IMG/VR virus record: IMGVR_UViG_3300032265_003789
Span: 1-64,000 of that record
Origin: a virus
Length of the DNA: 64,000 nucleotides
Reading direction: 5' to 3' (one strand)
Shown here: in pieces, positions 49,596 through 58,887 of the stretch
How positions within the stretch are numbered: the first letter of the stretch is position 1
Layout of the letters: each line of letters starts with the position of its first letter
The notes under the pieces: model-generated
What the model was told of the DNA's origin: nothing
Seen by the model: only the letters and a program-made list of their open reading frames with translations
Databases searched by the model: none
Translations under genes and position numbers: made by a program

Positions 49596-50275
49596 TGAGC
49601 AGATTACCTAAACCAGTAAAACGCAAGATTACCCCACCAGAGGATCATTTCTATCAGGCAATTGGCTTGATTCAAGGAGCAATTTCCTACAAAATAGAAC
49701 AAAAAGACGGCAAGGATGTCTGTTTGTTTTACCTGCTTCTTGATAAAAAATACAAATTGTTTCTTAAGAACAATTGCCAGTATATGCAATCAAAGCTGTT
49801 GGATTTCATGGCAAGCCAGCAAGATCCATACTATCTAAAGCAAACCCTACCAGTATGGCTCAAGGTCTATCCCCAATATCATCCAGTGCGCAAGGAATAT
49901 TATTTTAGATTGCTTTACTGGTATCCTACTCAGCCTCAAGAGCCAGATGGGTTTTTGCTTAAAGGAGTCTGGCAAAATGTGCCGATCCTCAAAGGAAATT
50001 ATTTTACAATTTACCGCAACGCTCAAGCTGAAGTTAAGCAGTTTTTTAAAAATAGTTACCTGCCAATTAGCTGGGATGAGCCAGCGTTTAGACCTAGCAA
50101 AAAGACCAAAATTAAAGCTAGCTTTACAGTAATCAAAGCTGATTTTGAGGATGGACAGTTGGTTCACAAAGCAACGGTTTCAACTCATGAGCAGTTGCCA
50201 GCAAGGAAAGTAAAAGCCAAGCGGCAAGCGGTCTCTAATAGTATGTCAAGCAAACCTAAGCTAGTTAGTGTATAA
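49595..50275 (+). CDS. Hypothetical basic protein, cyanobacterial mobile-element type
   Basis: YQAIGLIQG, LKVYP, F.LKGVWQ.VP motifs. Confidence 0.6.
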   Translation: MSRLPKPVKRKITPPEDHFYQAIGLIQGAISYKIEQKDGKDVCLFYLLLDKKYKLFLKNNCQYMQSKLLDFMASQQDPYYLKQTLPVWLKVYPQYHPVRKEYYFRLLYWYPTQPQEPDGFLLKGVWQNVPILKGNYFTIYRNAQAEVKQFFKNSYLPISWDEPAFRPSKKTKIKASFTVIKADFEDGQLVHKATVSTHEQLPARKVKAKRQAVSNSMSSKPKLVSV

Positions 50276-50457
50276 TTAATTTGGTGTTTGATTGGTATAA
50301 TCGAGCGATCTCCTATTATTTCAAGAACCCTCCAAAAACTACAAATTGGGGGGTTTTGTTTTTGCGATAAAATAAAACTTGGTATATACCTCCTGGGGTA
50401 TATCATCTTTTAAATAATGTTTTGAACCCTTTTGCCCAAGAGGGTTTTGTTTTAAAT

Positions 50458-50991
50458 ATGCTGCAAGTAATGGTTCTGGGCATTGGCACATCTGGCATTA
50501 ATTTAAATTCTCAATCTTTAGCCTGCGCTCAGGTAGATTTTGCTGGCGAGGATAAGGTATTTGAGGTAAAGAAATTTAAACGGTTGGCTAATCTCACTGA
50601 GCTAAATAAAGTTTTTATTGAGCCTATAGATATTGGTCTGTATCGTAAAATTAATATAGTATTTAAAAGCAAAAAAATAGCCAGCTTTTTTAAAGCAAAT
50701 TACCGGCAAGGTTTACCAGCAAATTGCCAAATTTTAAATCTAGAAGACAACAAAAATTACACTTTTGATCCTGCGGCTGCCTATGCTGTCTTAATTGAAT
50801 CGCTATCTTGCCAGTACCTCAAACTAGACAAGCTATCCAAGACCGACAAGGAAATTTTAGAACGAGCCATAGTCAACCAGTCTGACGCAATCACGCAATC
50901 TTTGATAGTTGCCACTGCTAGACCTCCACGAATATATGATTCGGCTGTAGAAAAACCTGTAAATACTCCTAAAATCAATGAGTATATCTAG
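50458..50991 (+). CDS. Hypothetical protein
   Basis: Open frame; ATG start at MLQVMV. Confidence 0.55.
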   Translation: MLQVMVLGIGTSGINLNSQSLACAQVDFAGEDKVFEVKKFKRLANLTELNKVFIEPIDIGLYRKINIVFKSKKIASFFKANYRQGLPANCQILNLEDNKNYTFDPAAAYAVLIESLSCQYLKLDKLSKTDKEILERAIVNQSDAITQSLIVATARPPRIYDSAVEKPVNTPKINEYI

Positions 50992-51244
50992 AGCGCAATG
51001 GCTGGCAACAGAGACGATTGAAGCGATAGCTCAAGATCTGCGCATTTGTATCAATCCTGATTTGTTTGAGCCTGTTGAGCCTCCAGAAGGGGCTATCTAC
51101 AGAGACAAAATCTATCAAAAATTCAACAGCCAAAAACAGCTAAATATTTTTAGGCAGGTCTACCCCAAAGACGCATTGCAGATGGCAGCCAAGCTTTTAA
51201 CAGATGATGAGAAAATCAAACTTAAGGAGCTACTGACAACGTGA
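50978..51244 (+). CDS. Hypothetical protein
   Basis: Coupled ORF. Confidence 0.55.
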   Translation: MSISRAQWLATETIEAIAQDLRICINPDLFEPVEPPEGAIYRDKIYQKFNSQKQLNIFRQVYPKDALQMAAKLLTDDEKIKLKELLTT

Positions 51245-51591
51245 TTAACTGGGAATTTGCAGAGAGCGTAATAGAGCAAAATTTTCAAGCTGTGGTGGAA
51301 TTGTTCGAGCAAGAGCAATTATCACAAATTGACCAGCAGAAGTGGGGATGGCCCAACGATACCCACAGGCGCAACAGCTCTATAGTAGGTTCACCCAGGG
51401 ATATAGTCGATACTGGAGAGCTGCGCGATAGCCTGAGCATCAATAGGGTATCTCCTACCGAGGTAGTCTATAGCTATCAGTGCGATCATGCGATCATAGT
51501 GCATGAGGGCGCGACACTGGCAAGCGGTACGGTAATTCCAGCGAGACCTTGGGTTGATGCTGCCGCTGCTGAGTTGCACAAAGTGCTTTAA
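51241..51591 (+). CDS. HK97 gp10-like neck/tail completion protein
   Basis: SPRDIVDTGELRDS, IVHEG, IPARPW. Confidence 0.75.
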   Translation: MINWEFAESVIEQNFQAVVELFEQEQLSQIDQQKWGWPNDTHRRNSSIVGSPRDIVDTGELRDSLSINRVSPTEVVYSYQCDHAIIVHEGATLASGTVIPARPWVDAAAAELHKVL

Positions 51592-51721
51592 TGACTTGTC
51601 GGTAAATCGCAAAAGGTATTGGTGCGCAACTATTAGCAGCACATATACTATTGCCCATAAAAAATCCAGTGGGTAGGAATGCTTATGGGCAAAAAAAATC
51701 CCCCTTTCGGGGGAGGGGTTA

Positions 51722-51856
51722 CTAAACTCCTCGAGCTGCGCGGATAGCCGCGCTACGAGCCAAAACAACATCAACATCATTGGGCTCATCGTTGTCAACG
51801 GTCATGACAATAGGAGCAACAACGGACTTAACAACGGACTTGGTGGACTGGGACAT
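51722..51856 (-). CDS. 44-aa micro-protein (MSQSTKSVVK...AIRAARGV), not in ORF track
   Basis: AAGGAGGT RBS, promoter from IR copy B, terminator at 51691-51716. Confidence 0.75.
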   Translation of the reverse strand: MSQSTKSVVKSVVAPIVMTVDNDEPNDVDVVLARSAAIRAARGV

Positions 51857-51859
51857 AAC

Positions 51860-52333
51860 GAACCTCCTTATCGGGCTAATATATATATTATCGGATATAT
51901 CCCTTAAGAGATCAATAGGTATTTATACCTAATTTTGGGTATTTTTTTATAAACTTTCTTATATATTTCTAGATATTTTGAGATTTTACTTATATGTGTC
52001 GGTAATCGTATTGATAAACGTACGGATACCCGAAAAATATATAAGATATTTTGTTGATTTTGCCAGAAATTATCAGGAATTTGTATATATACTGTACGGG
52101 TATTTGTACGGGTTATCGTACCGGTAATCGTACCGACAAGGGAATATATAAGATATTCTGTCGATAGCAGCCGGATTTATCAGGTTTCCGTATGGATATT
52201 GTATTGATAATCGTATCGAGTGTCGTACCGGGTATCGTATTGAAATAGGATATATAAGATATTCTGTCGCCAGCAGCCGAATTCATCAGGTTTTTGTATA
52301 TTTCGCTTTATAGGCAAATATACTTAGTGTATT
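51860..52333 (-). repeat. 474-bp inverted repeat, copy B
   Basis: Reverse complement of 6143-6616. Confidence 0.95.
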
Positions 52334-52461
52334 GATATCTGTACAATCTACTGTATGGATAATTGATCTGTAGTGCGCTTGTGTATAAGCACAAAAGAAC
52401 CCACCGTTTGCAGGTACCTATTGCGGCATAGCTGGGTGAGTTGTGTTGTGTATAGTATAGC

Positions 52462-53172
52462 TTAGTTCAGTTGAGCAAAAACACTGTGTATTGCATTTTC
52501 TAGTTCGTGACTGTCCTCGTAGCAGTTGATCGGTCGCATTTGCCCGTTGCAATATCTTTCCTCTCTGGTATATGGAAGTCCAGTGTCTTTTACTAATTTG
52601 CCAATCCGAACTCTTTGACTGTGATCCAATTTGTAGCCTAGCTCTTCTGCTTTTTGCACTACTCCTACTAATCTAGGTGCGGTGGCTATTTGCCCAAGGA
52701 TTTTAGTAGTAATCATTTCATCCCCAAGGCGATCTAGGAAAGCCTGCTTGAGGGCTGCTGGCATGGCAGTAGTGGTTATTACAGCCAGCGATTTGGCATA
52801 ATCCACTACGTCTCTTACCGGTGGCAGCTGCCTAGCGGGTTGACGCTCAACTTGATAGCCTCCAGTTTGACGGATTGAGGGGAGCACTACTGCGGTAATC
52901 CATTTCTTAAAGACTTTGGCTTCGGGTTTGCGAGATTTAAGGACAAGGCTGTACATGCCGGATTCGGAAATTATAGATATTTCTTGTGAGCCGCCAAGGG
53001 TGTCGGCATTAACGACCCCCTTTTCATCCTCATCTAATTTGTTGATTGCATCTCTAGGATTAGCTATTTCTAAAGCATTGCATACATCCTTGGCAACAAA
53101 CCAAGGTTGTCCTTCAATAGACACTGTGCGAACTTGATTGGAGTTAAAATCAAAAGCTGTAAGATTGCTCAT
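52462..53172 (-). CDS. BRO-N domain antirepressor-like protein
   Basis: QVRTV.IEGQPWFVAKDVC, ISESGMYSLVLKSRKPEAK.FKKWIT..VLPSIR.TG.Y. Confidence 0.92.
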   Translation of the reverse strand: MSNLTAFDFNSNQVRTVSIEGQPWFVAKDVCNALEIANPRDAINKLDEDEKGVVNADTLGGSQEISIISESGMYSLVLKSRKPEAKVFKKWITAVVLPSIRQTGGYQVERQPARQLPPVRDVVDYAKSLAVITTTAMPAALKQAFLDRLGDEMITTKILGQIATAPRLVGVVQKAEELGYKLDHSQRVRIGKLVKDTGLPYTREERYCNGQMRPINCYEDSHELENAIHSVFAQLN

Positions 53173-53243
53173 ATATGGTTGTCGATATGATTGATAACCT
53201 CAATAATATCAAGACCTAAAAACCCCAATTTTTACCAGAAATT

Positions 53244-54524
53244 ATGAAGATCACCAAAATAAATTTATCAAATTTTCGAGGAGTTGAATCTCTATCTTTA
53301 AAGCTTCATGAAAGATTAAATGTATTATTTGGGATGAATGGTACCGGAAAATCAACAATTTTCTATGCTGTTGCAATAATGCTTTCATGGACTATCCAAA
53401 GAATAAAATCTATCCAATCTAATGGAAAGGATATTCCACAACTTGATATTAAAAATGGATCTCATAGATCATCAATAGAGATATTTTGTAGTGATAACAA
53501 TAGGGAAATTTTTTGGAGGCGCACTAACCATTTAGAAGGATATGGTTTGTCAGAAGAGCGCAGTGATTTTACCCATTTAAACGAATATGTAAAACAAATT
53601 CAAGATGAAATAGCTGCACAAAAAGAAAAAATTAATTTACCTTTATTTGTTTATTATCCAGTTAATCGAGCAGTTTTAGATATTCCTTTACGAATTAAGT
53701 CTAAACATCAATTTGATTTACTTGCTGCTTATGAAGATGCATTAACAAGTGGAGCTAATTTTCGTACTTTTTTTGAATGGTTTAGAGACAGAGAGGATCG
53801 TGAAAATCAAAACAGAAAATATATAGATGCTTTAATAAAGCCAGAGGATTATGTTTTTCCCGATCCTCAGCTTGAAGCAGTACGTCAAGCATTGCAAGAA
53901 TTTTTACCTGAATTTAAAAATATAAATGTAATAAGAAATAATCCTCCTAGAATGGAAGTAACAAAAAATGGGGAAATATTGCGAATCGATCAACTTTCTG
54001 ATGGAGAAAAATGCTTGATTGCTATGATAAGTGATTTAGCTCGTAGATTAGCTATTGCCAATCCAAAACGAGACAATCCATTAGAAGGCGAAGGAATCGT
54101 ATTAATTGATGAAATAGAGCTACATCTTCATCCAAAATGGCAAAGAATGATCGTTCCTAAATTATTAGAAGTATTTCCTAATTGTCAATTTATTATTTCA
54201 ACTCATTCTCCAAACGTTATCACACATGTTAAACCTGAAAGTCTTTATTTACTTGAACAATCTCAAGGAAAGATAAACGTTAGTAAACCCCAAGAATCTT
54301 ATGGAAAGACTGTAGAAAGAATTCTTGAAGATCTTATGGGATTAACCACAACAAGACCTGATGAAGTAAATGTTAAACTTCGTGAAATATATGACAAAAT
54401 TCAACAAGGCAATCTTGATGAAGCTAAGCAAATGATAGACTCTATGAGAAAAATAATTGCCGAAGACCCTGAATTAGTTAAAGCAGAAGTTTTGATTAAG
54501 CGTAAAAAAATAATTGGCAAATGA
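53244..54524 (+). CDS. PtuA-like ABC/AAA_21 ATPase (Septu / retron type I-A effector family)
   Basis: NFRG, G.NGTGKST, FFEWF, LSDGEK, LIDEIELHLHPKWQR, QFIISTHSP. Confidence 0.85.
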   Translation: MKITKINLSNFRGVESLSLKLHERLNVLFGMNGTGKSTIFYAVAIMLSWTIQRIKSIQSNGKDIPQLDIKNGSHRSSIEIFCSDNNREIFWRRTNHLEGYGLSEERSDFTHLNEYVKQIQDEIAAQKEKINLPLFVYYPVNRAVLDIPLRIKSKHQFDLLAAYEDALTSGANFRTFFEWFRDREDRENQNRKYIDALIKPEDYVFPDPQLEAVRQALQEFLPEFKNINVIRNNPPRMEVTKNGEILRIDQLSDGEKCLIAMISDLARRLAIANPKRDNPLEGEGIVLIDEIELHLHPKWQRMIVPKLLEVFPNCQFIISTHSPNVITHVKPESLYLLEQSQGKINVSKPQESYGKTVERILEDLMGLTTTRPDEVNVKLREIYDKIQQGNLDEAKQMIDSMRKIIAEDPELVKAEVLIKRKKIIGK

Positions 54525-54629
54525 AGCATATTAGAAAAAACAAGAACCGGCATCTTTTTCAAACTGGAAATCTCAAGCTAACGATGATTGGAGACCAGCC
54601 TATGAAAATTTTCAAGGTGAAATCAAAAG
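54521..54629 (+). pseudogene. Frameshifted, truncated PtuB/TIGR02646-like HNH nuclease stub
   Basis: ATGA-coupled; MKHIRK-[frameshift]-QEPASFSNWKSQANDDWRPAYENFQGEIK, then runs into the direct repeat. Confidence 0.75.
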
Positions 54630-54714
54630 CTGTAAGATTGCTCATATATGGTTGTCGGTATGATTGATAACCTCAATAATATCAAGACCTAAAAACCCCA
54701 ATTTTTACCAGAAA

Positions 54715-56154
54715 TTACACAACAACTTGAGTTATTGACAGGGCAAAAGCTAAGCTCATAATGATATCATCGTGCCTGCCAGCGATGGCTTGAAGCTTCC
54801 CATCGGTATTTCTAAAGCTTAGGAATTCTTCTATCACAACCCGGTCATTGGGGATTATAAGTTGCGTTTTCTCCAGTATTAGCAGTAGCCTGTTGATAAA
54901 CACTGGCTTGGATACAGCAGTGGTTTTTACTGGTTCAATATTGGTATTAATATTAGATTTTGTAAGCTGTTCAAAGTAGATTTGACCGCCACTATTGACC
55001 TCAATCCCCACTGCTACGGGGTTATATTTTTGTATTAATTCTGTTAGCTGATAAATATGATAATCGTTAGTTTGCTTGCGTTTGCGATACATATCCACCA
55101 GATACAATTTATCCCCAGTGGATTTTAGGACAGTTGCCACGCAATAATCTAAGCCCAACAAACTAGTATCAATTCCGATATAGTAGGACGCGTCGGGGTC
55201 TACTTCTTTTTCCCAGTTACCTGTATTGACAGTGCGTATTAAGTCGTTACTAAATATGATAGATTCTGCGCTGGTAAACGACAAATTATATTCCTGCTCG
55301 ATTACTTCCATCGGAGCGCCATACTGCTTTTGTAAATCCTCCAGATAAGTAGCTTTTTTGAGCTTAAATTTAGGATGATCTAACCAGTGAAGGACAAATT
55401 TGCACCAATTGTTTTTATCAGTCCAGTATTGGCAGGGTACCACTTCCTCAGCTTTGATTTTCTCGCAAAGCTCCAATATGTCCACGTTATCGTTATTGTT
55501 AGCCAGTTTATCCCAATACCATCCCGACTGGCCGTTAGGGGTAGAGAGGATGATGATTTTAGCCCTATCGCCCATCATCGTGGTACAGGGGATGGACGCT
55601 TTGTAGATTTCCTCTATTTCCTCCACAAATGCCGATTCATCAAATAAAATGTCGGATACAGATTCTAGTCCCCTGGCGCCATTGGGAGTAGAGTTTCTAA
55701 AAAGGATTCTGCCACCGTTTTTAAATTCAATATCGGTCAGTGAATCGGTTTTAGTTTCGCAGTACTGATACAAAAACTCAATAGTCCGCCTAAGTCTTTT
55801 AGCGATATTACTGGTATCAGATTGGGATTTGGAAAATACTACTGCTAAATATCCAGGGTTACTTAAAGCCTTGAATAAAAAGTAATTGATAATCGTTTCA
55901 GTGATTCCTAGCTGCCGAGTTTTGGTAATTACTGTAGTAGGATGAGTCTCAATTTGCTGTATTAACCTGACTTGATACTCATAGGGATTAAAAAATATAA
56001 TCCCATCGCCAGAACGAATCTTGCAAATCTTGGCAAACTCTAGCCAAGTTGTGGGAATAGGTAGCAGGTGAGATTTGTTGGCTTGCGAGGGACTATTACG
56101 GTAAGTCCGCTCTAGATAGACCCGTTGTCCCCAGCTCTTAAGTGTTAGTTTCAC
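54715..56154 (-). CDS. terL: Terminase large subunit
   Basis: PYEYQ, KTRQLGIT, ILFDESAF, LSTPNG, EQEY, IGID, HDDIIMSLAFA. Confidence 0.93.
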   Translation of the reverse strand: MKLTLKSWGQRVYLERTYRNSPSQANKSHLLPIPTTWLEFAKICKIRSGDGIIFFNPYEYQVRLIQQIETHPTTVITKTRQLGITETIINYFLFKALSNPGYLAVVFSKSQSDTSNIAKRLRRTIEFLYQYCETKTDSLTDIEFKNGGRILFRNSTPNGARGLESVSDILFDESAFVEEIEEIYKASIPCTTMMGDRAKIIILSTPNGQSGWYWDKLANNNDNVDILELCEKIKAEEVVPCQYWTDKNNWCKFVLHWLDHPKFKLKKATYLEDLQKQYGAPMEVIEQEYNLSFTSAESIIFSNDLIRTVNTGNWEKEVDPDASYYIGIDTSLLGLDYCVATVLKSTGDKLYLVDMYRKRKQTNDYHIYQLTELIQKYNPVAVGIEVNSGGQIYFEQLTKSNINTNIEPVKTTAVSKPVFINRLLLILEKTQLIIPNDRVVIEEFLSFRNTDGKLQAIAGRHDDIIMSLAFALSITQVVV

Positions 56155-56704
56155 CGGCAGCCTTGAGTTGTTTTTCTTTTTCTGCTAACAGCTCTTTAAT
56201 ACCAGTGAGCTCAGCTAGCAGGTTGATAGCCAATTGGTTGTTTTCGGTCAGCGCTTGGGCTGCTTTGATACAATTTAGAGTGTCAATTGGACGCTTAAAG
56301 CCTAGAGGTGTGCCTCGATAAGCATTGTCAAATTGCTCGGCAAGATAGCCAACGCGCTCTGTATCAAGTTGGACTAGTTCTATTCGTTTTTTGATAATAT
56401 CGAAAATTAATGCTGATTCGCGCTCGACTATTTCAGCAGCCTGAGCCCGTTTGAAGTCAATAGCTCGTTGTCTCCACTGGTAATCAGTGCAAACTTTTAT
56501 CCATTCTCTAGGAATCTTTAGAGCGCTGAGAGAACTCGGCTTTTTGCCGGTAGATAGCAAATAATTATAGTAAGCGCTTTGGAGAGAGTCGCTCTCATCT
56601 ATTACCCCAGGCAGGTAATAGGCAATAAATTTTAAATACCAATCAAGTGGCTCCGTATCAAGCTGAGCCCAAGATTTAGTTTCTTCTGGTAGCTTAGAGA
56701 CCAT
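56138..56704 (-). CDS. Putative terminase small subunit
   Basis: Overlaps the terL start; W...YQWRQRA..F then coiled coil. Confidence 0.65.
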   Translation of the reverse strand: MVSKLPEETKSWAQLDTEPLDWYLKFIAYYLPGVIDESDSLQSAYYNYLLSTGKKPSSLSALKIPREWIKVCTDYQWRQRAIDFKRAQAAEIVERESALIFDIIKKRIELVQLDTERVGYLAEQFDNAYRGTPLGFKRPIDTLNCIKAAQALTENNQLAINLLAELTGIKELLAEKEKQLKAAGETNT

Positions 56705-56824
56705 CTTTGTAAAATAGTATTAAATATTATTAGTATACCTTGATTGAAAAATCTTTAAAATAGGTATTGACTTTCTGAAAAATATCGCATAAGCTAAGGA
56801 AAGTTAGAAACTAGGAGATTAGAA

Positions 56825-57721
56825 ATGAACATCAACGACTGTCACAAGATTGACCGTTACGGATACACTAGCTATTGGTATATCAAGCCCAATGCTCCAG
56901 AGAGGGTATTCTTAAAAGAAAAAATTGACGACAGAGAGGACTTCCACATTGTTGGAGAAATTGACGGATATTATGAATATCAAATTACCAATGATTTCAT
57001 AAACGCCGTTGGCGCATCTGGTGAGTACCTGATGACTGCTAATGGGGCTTTAGGATTTAATAGCATCTGGGATTACGATAACAGCAAAGAATTGTATTGG
57101 TGTGTTGACCTTTGTGAAAGTCCATATATTGTGATAAACAAAGTAGAACTAAAGCCCGAGCCATGGTGGGACGCTCAAGGCTACTACCAAGGACAGTGGA
57201 TTGCGGCATTTTGCCGTGAGTGGGATTTAGAGGATGATGAAGAGGAAGATGATATAAAACTAGGAGAAGATATTGTGGAAATGGAAATTGTAAAAACCGA
57301 GGAAATGCGTGGCGGCGACAGCTTGTTTTGGAATTGGGAGATTGGTAAAAAACCACGGTTGTTTTCGCTAACTCAACTCACCTATCCTTCTGAAATTGAT
57401 TGGGAATTTTCCACAATCCGCGAAGGAAGAGGTCAAGAACAAAAAATTTATAAAGCATTTGAATATGCTGTAACTTCAGAAATGTTAACTGCCTACGCAA
57501 GGGTAGATAAAAAGGTCACTACTCCTGCGGGTGACTTAACCTTTTATGTTGTTCGAGACAACGGGTCTAGATCTTTAGAAGATACCAACTTCTTCTACTG
57601 GGCAGTTGACCCAGATGGAAATGTATTGGGAACTTATTCCCGTTGGATAGGCGATAATGAAGACTTAAATTGGCGCGCCAGAATCACAAAACAATTCTGC
57701 TCAGAACCGGTTAATGTATAA
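56825..57721 (+). CDS. Hypothetical acidic protein with two repeats of a W/Y-rich domain
   Basis: YEYQIT..LYWCVD / FEYAVT..FYWAVD; family promoter TTGACT-17-TAAGCT from 56767. Confidence 0.75.
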   Translation: MNINDCHKIDRYGYTSYWYIKPNAPERVFLKEKIDDREDFHIVGEIDGYYEYQITNDFINAVGASGEYLMTANGALGFNSIWDYDNSKELYWCVDLCESPYIVINKVELKPEPWWDAQGYYQGQWIAAFCREWDLEDDEEEDDIKLGEDIVEMEIVKTEEMRGGDSLFWNWEIGKKPRLFSLTQLTYPSEIDWEFSTIREGRGQEQKIYKAFEYAVTSEMLTAYARVDKKVTTPAGDLTFYVVRDNGSRSLEDTNFFYWAVDPDGNVLGTYSRWIGDNEDLNWRARITKQFCSEPVNV

Positions 57722-57760
57722 TTAATCTGTTTTCAAAATATGTTTATGCCTCAATTTTTT

Positions 57761-58382
57761 TGGGGTTTTTTGCTGTTTAAGCGTATTGATAAAATTAAAC
57801 AGAATCAATCAAATTTGTGTAAATAAAATTCATAAAATGCAAGTCACCGTCTCCATGAAAACAAATGAATGGATTAAAATGCAAAAATCCGATAGGATTT
57901 GGTCTTGGGTAATTGGTAGCCAACCACGTTTGTACACATTAAATAAAATTAATTACCCAAGACAAGAATTAGAGCCGATAGGGTTTGGCGTAATACAAAT
58001 TGGAGATTTGCTTTATACGGCATTCAAATATGAAGTTACTCCAGAAATATTAAATCTTTATGCAATTCTAAAAAGCGTTGTCAACACACTAAAAGGAGAT
58101 GTCAAATTCTATACCACGTTACCAGAAGACCACAAAACATCCTTGGTGGGAAACAGAACATTTTATTGGTGGGCAGTCAATCCAATGGGTGAGGTTTTAG
58201 ATGTGTGTTTAGTTTGTGTTTACGATACTGAAGATAGAATCCGCTGGTGCAATCAAGTAATTCAAAACTTTGTGCATAATTAAAATTTATTGCTAACAAA
58301 ATATACTTACAACCCCAGTTTTCTGGGGTTTTTTGCTGTTTAAGCGTATTGATAAAATTAAACAGAATCAATCAAATTTGTG
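57761..58382 (+). repeat. Perfect 59-bp direct repeat (57761-57819 / 58324-58382)
   Basis: TGGGGTTTTTTGCTGTTTAAGCGTATTGATAAAATTAAACAGAATCAATCAAATTTGTG. Confidence 0.95.
57786..58283 (+). CDS. Single-domain paralog of 56825-57721 (true start probably 57837 or later)
   Basis: WSWVIGSQPRLYTL..INYP vs WNWEIGKKPRLFSL..LTYP; WWAVNP.G.VL. Confidence 0.7.
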   Translation: MIKLNRINQICVNKIHKMQVTVSMKTNEWIKMQKSDRIWSWVIGSQPRLYTLNKINYPRQELEPIGFGVIQIGDLLYTAFKYEVTPEILNLYAILKSVVNTLKGDVKFYTTLPEDHKTSLVGNRTFYWWAVNPMGEVLDVCLVCVYDTEDRIRWCNQVIQNFVHN

Positions 58383-58389
58383 GAGCGCT

Positions 58390-58887
58390 ATGGCACTTTC
58401 AATAGATTATTTGCGCTTGCCGCATTGCCCAGAAAATCAACTAATCAAGCACAATCCTACTGATGTCGGTTTTGATATTTACCTAACTCATGACACTTGG
58501 GTCTATCCATACAGCCAAATACCCTACGACAATGAGCGGGACGAGTATCGCGTATCATTGCAGCCTACTGGAGTGATATTAGCACCTTTAACTACTGATT
58601 ACTGGTTTGGGCTTTACCCTAGGAGCTCCACAATAAAAAAGGGAGTTGCGCTAGCTAATACAATAGGCATTATTGATCCCACTTATACTGGAGAGTTACT
58701 GCTGGCTTTATATAGTTTGCACAAGCCAATTCTGCTCAAAGCTGAAAAAGCTATAGCTCAACTAGTAATACATCACAACATCACTACAGAATTTAACCTA
58801 ATTGAAAATGACCCCAGATTTAACAAACGTGGCGGATTTGGATCAACAGATAGTAAATCAAACTTACCGACCGCTATACCAGGCTAA
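58390..58887 (+). CDS. dut: dUTPase (trimeric)
   Basis: DVGFDI, PTG, YPRSS, NTIGIIDPTYTGE, IAQL, RGGFGST. Confidence 0.92.
   Translation: MALSIDYLRLPHCPENQLIKHNPTDVGFDIYLTHDTWVYPYSQIPYDNERDEYRVSLQPTGVILAPLTTDYWFGLYPRSSTIKKGVALANTIGIIDPTYTGELLLALYSLHKPILLKAEKAIAQLVIHHNITTEFNLIENDPRFNKRGGFGSTDSKSNLPTAIPG

Larger units (their letters stand above)
53147..54717 (+). mobile_element. Inserted DNA (53245-54619) bounded by 98-bp direct repeats (53147-53244 / 54620-54717; 97/98 identical)
   Basis: Direct sequence match; insert is AT-rich. Confidence 0.85.

Noticed and set aside
51391-51798. 135-aa minus-strand ORF
   Set aside because: Crosses a terminator and is antisense to the gp10-like gene; the 44-aa ORF with an RBS is the better call.
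53244-54629. Functional retron or Septu system
   Set aside because: The HNH partner is truncated and frameshifted; no RT or msr-msd seen.
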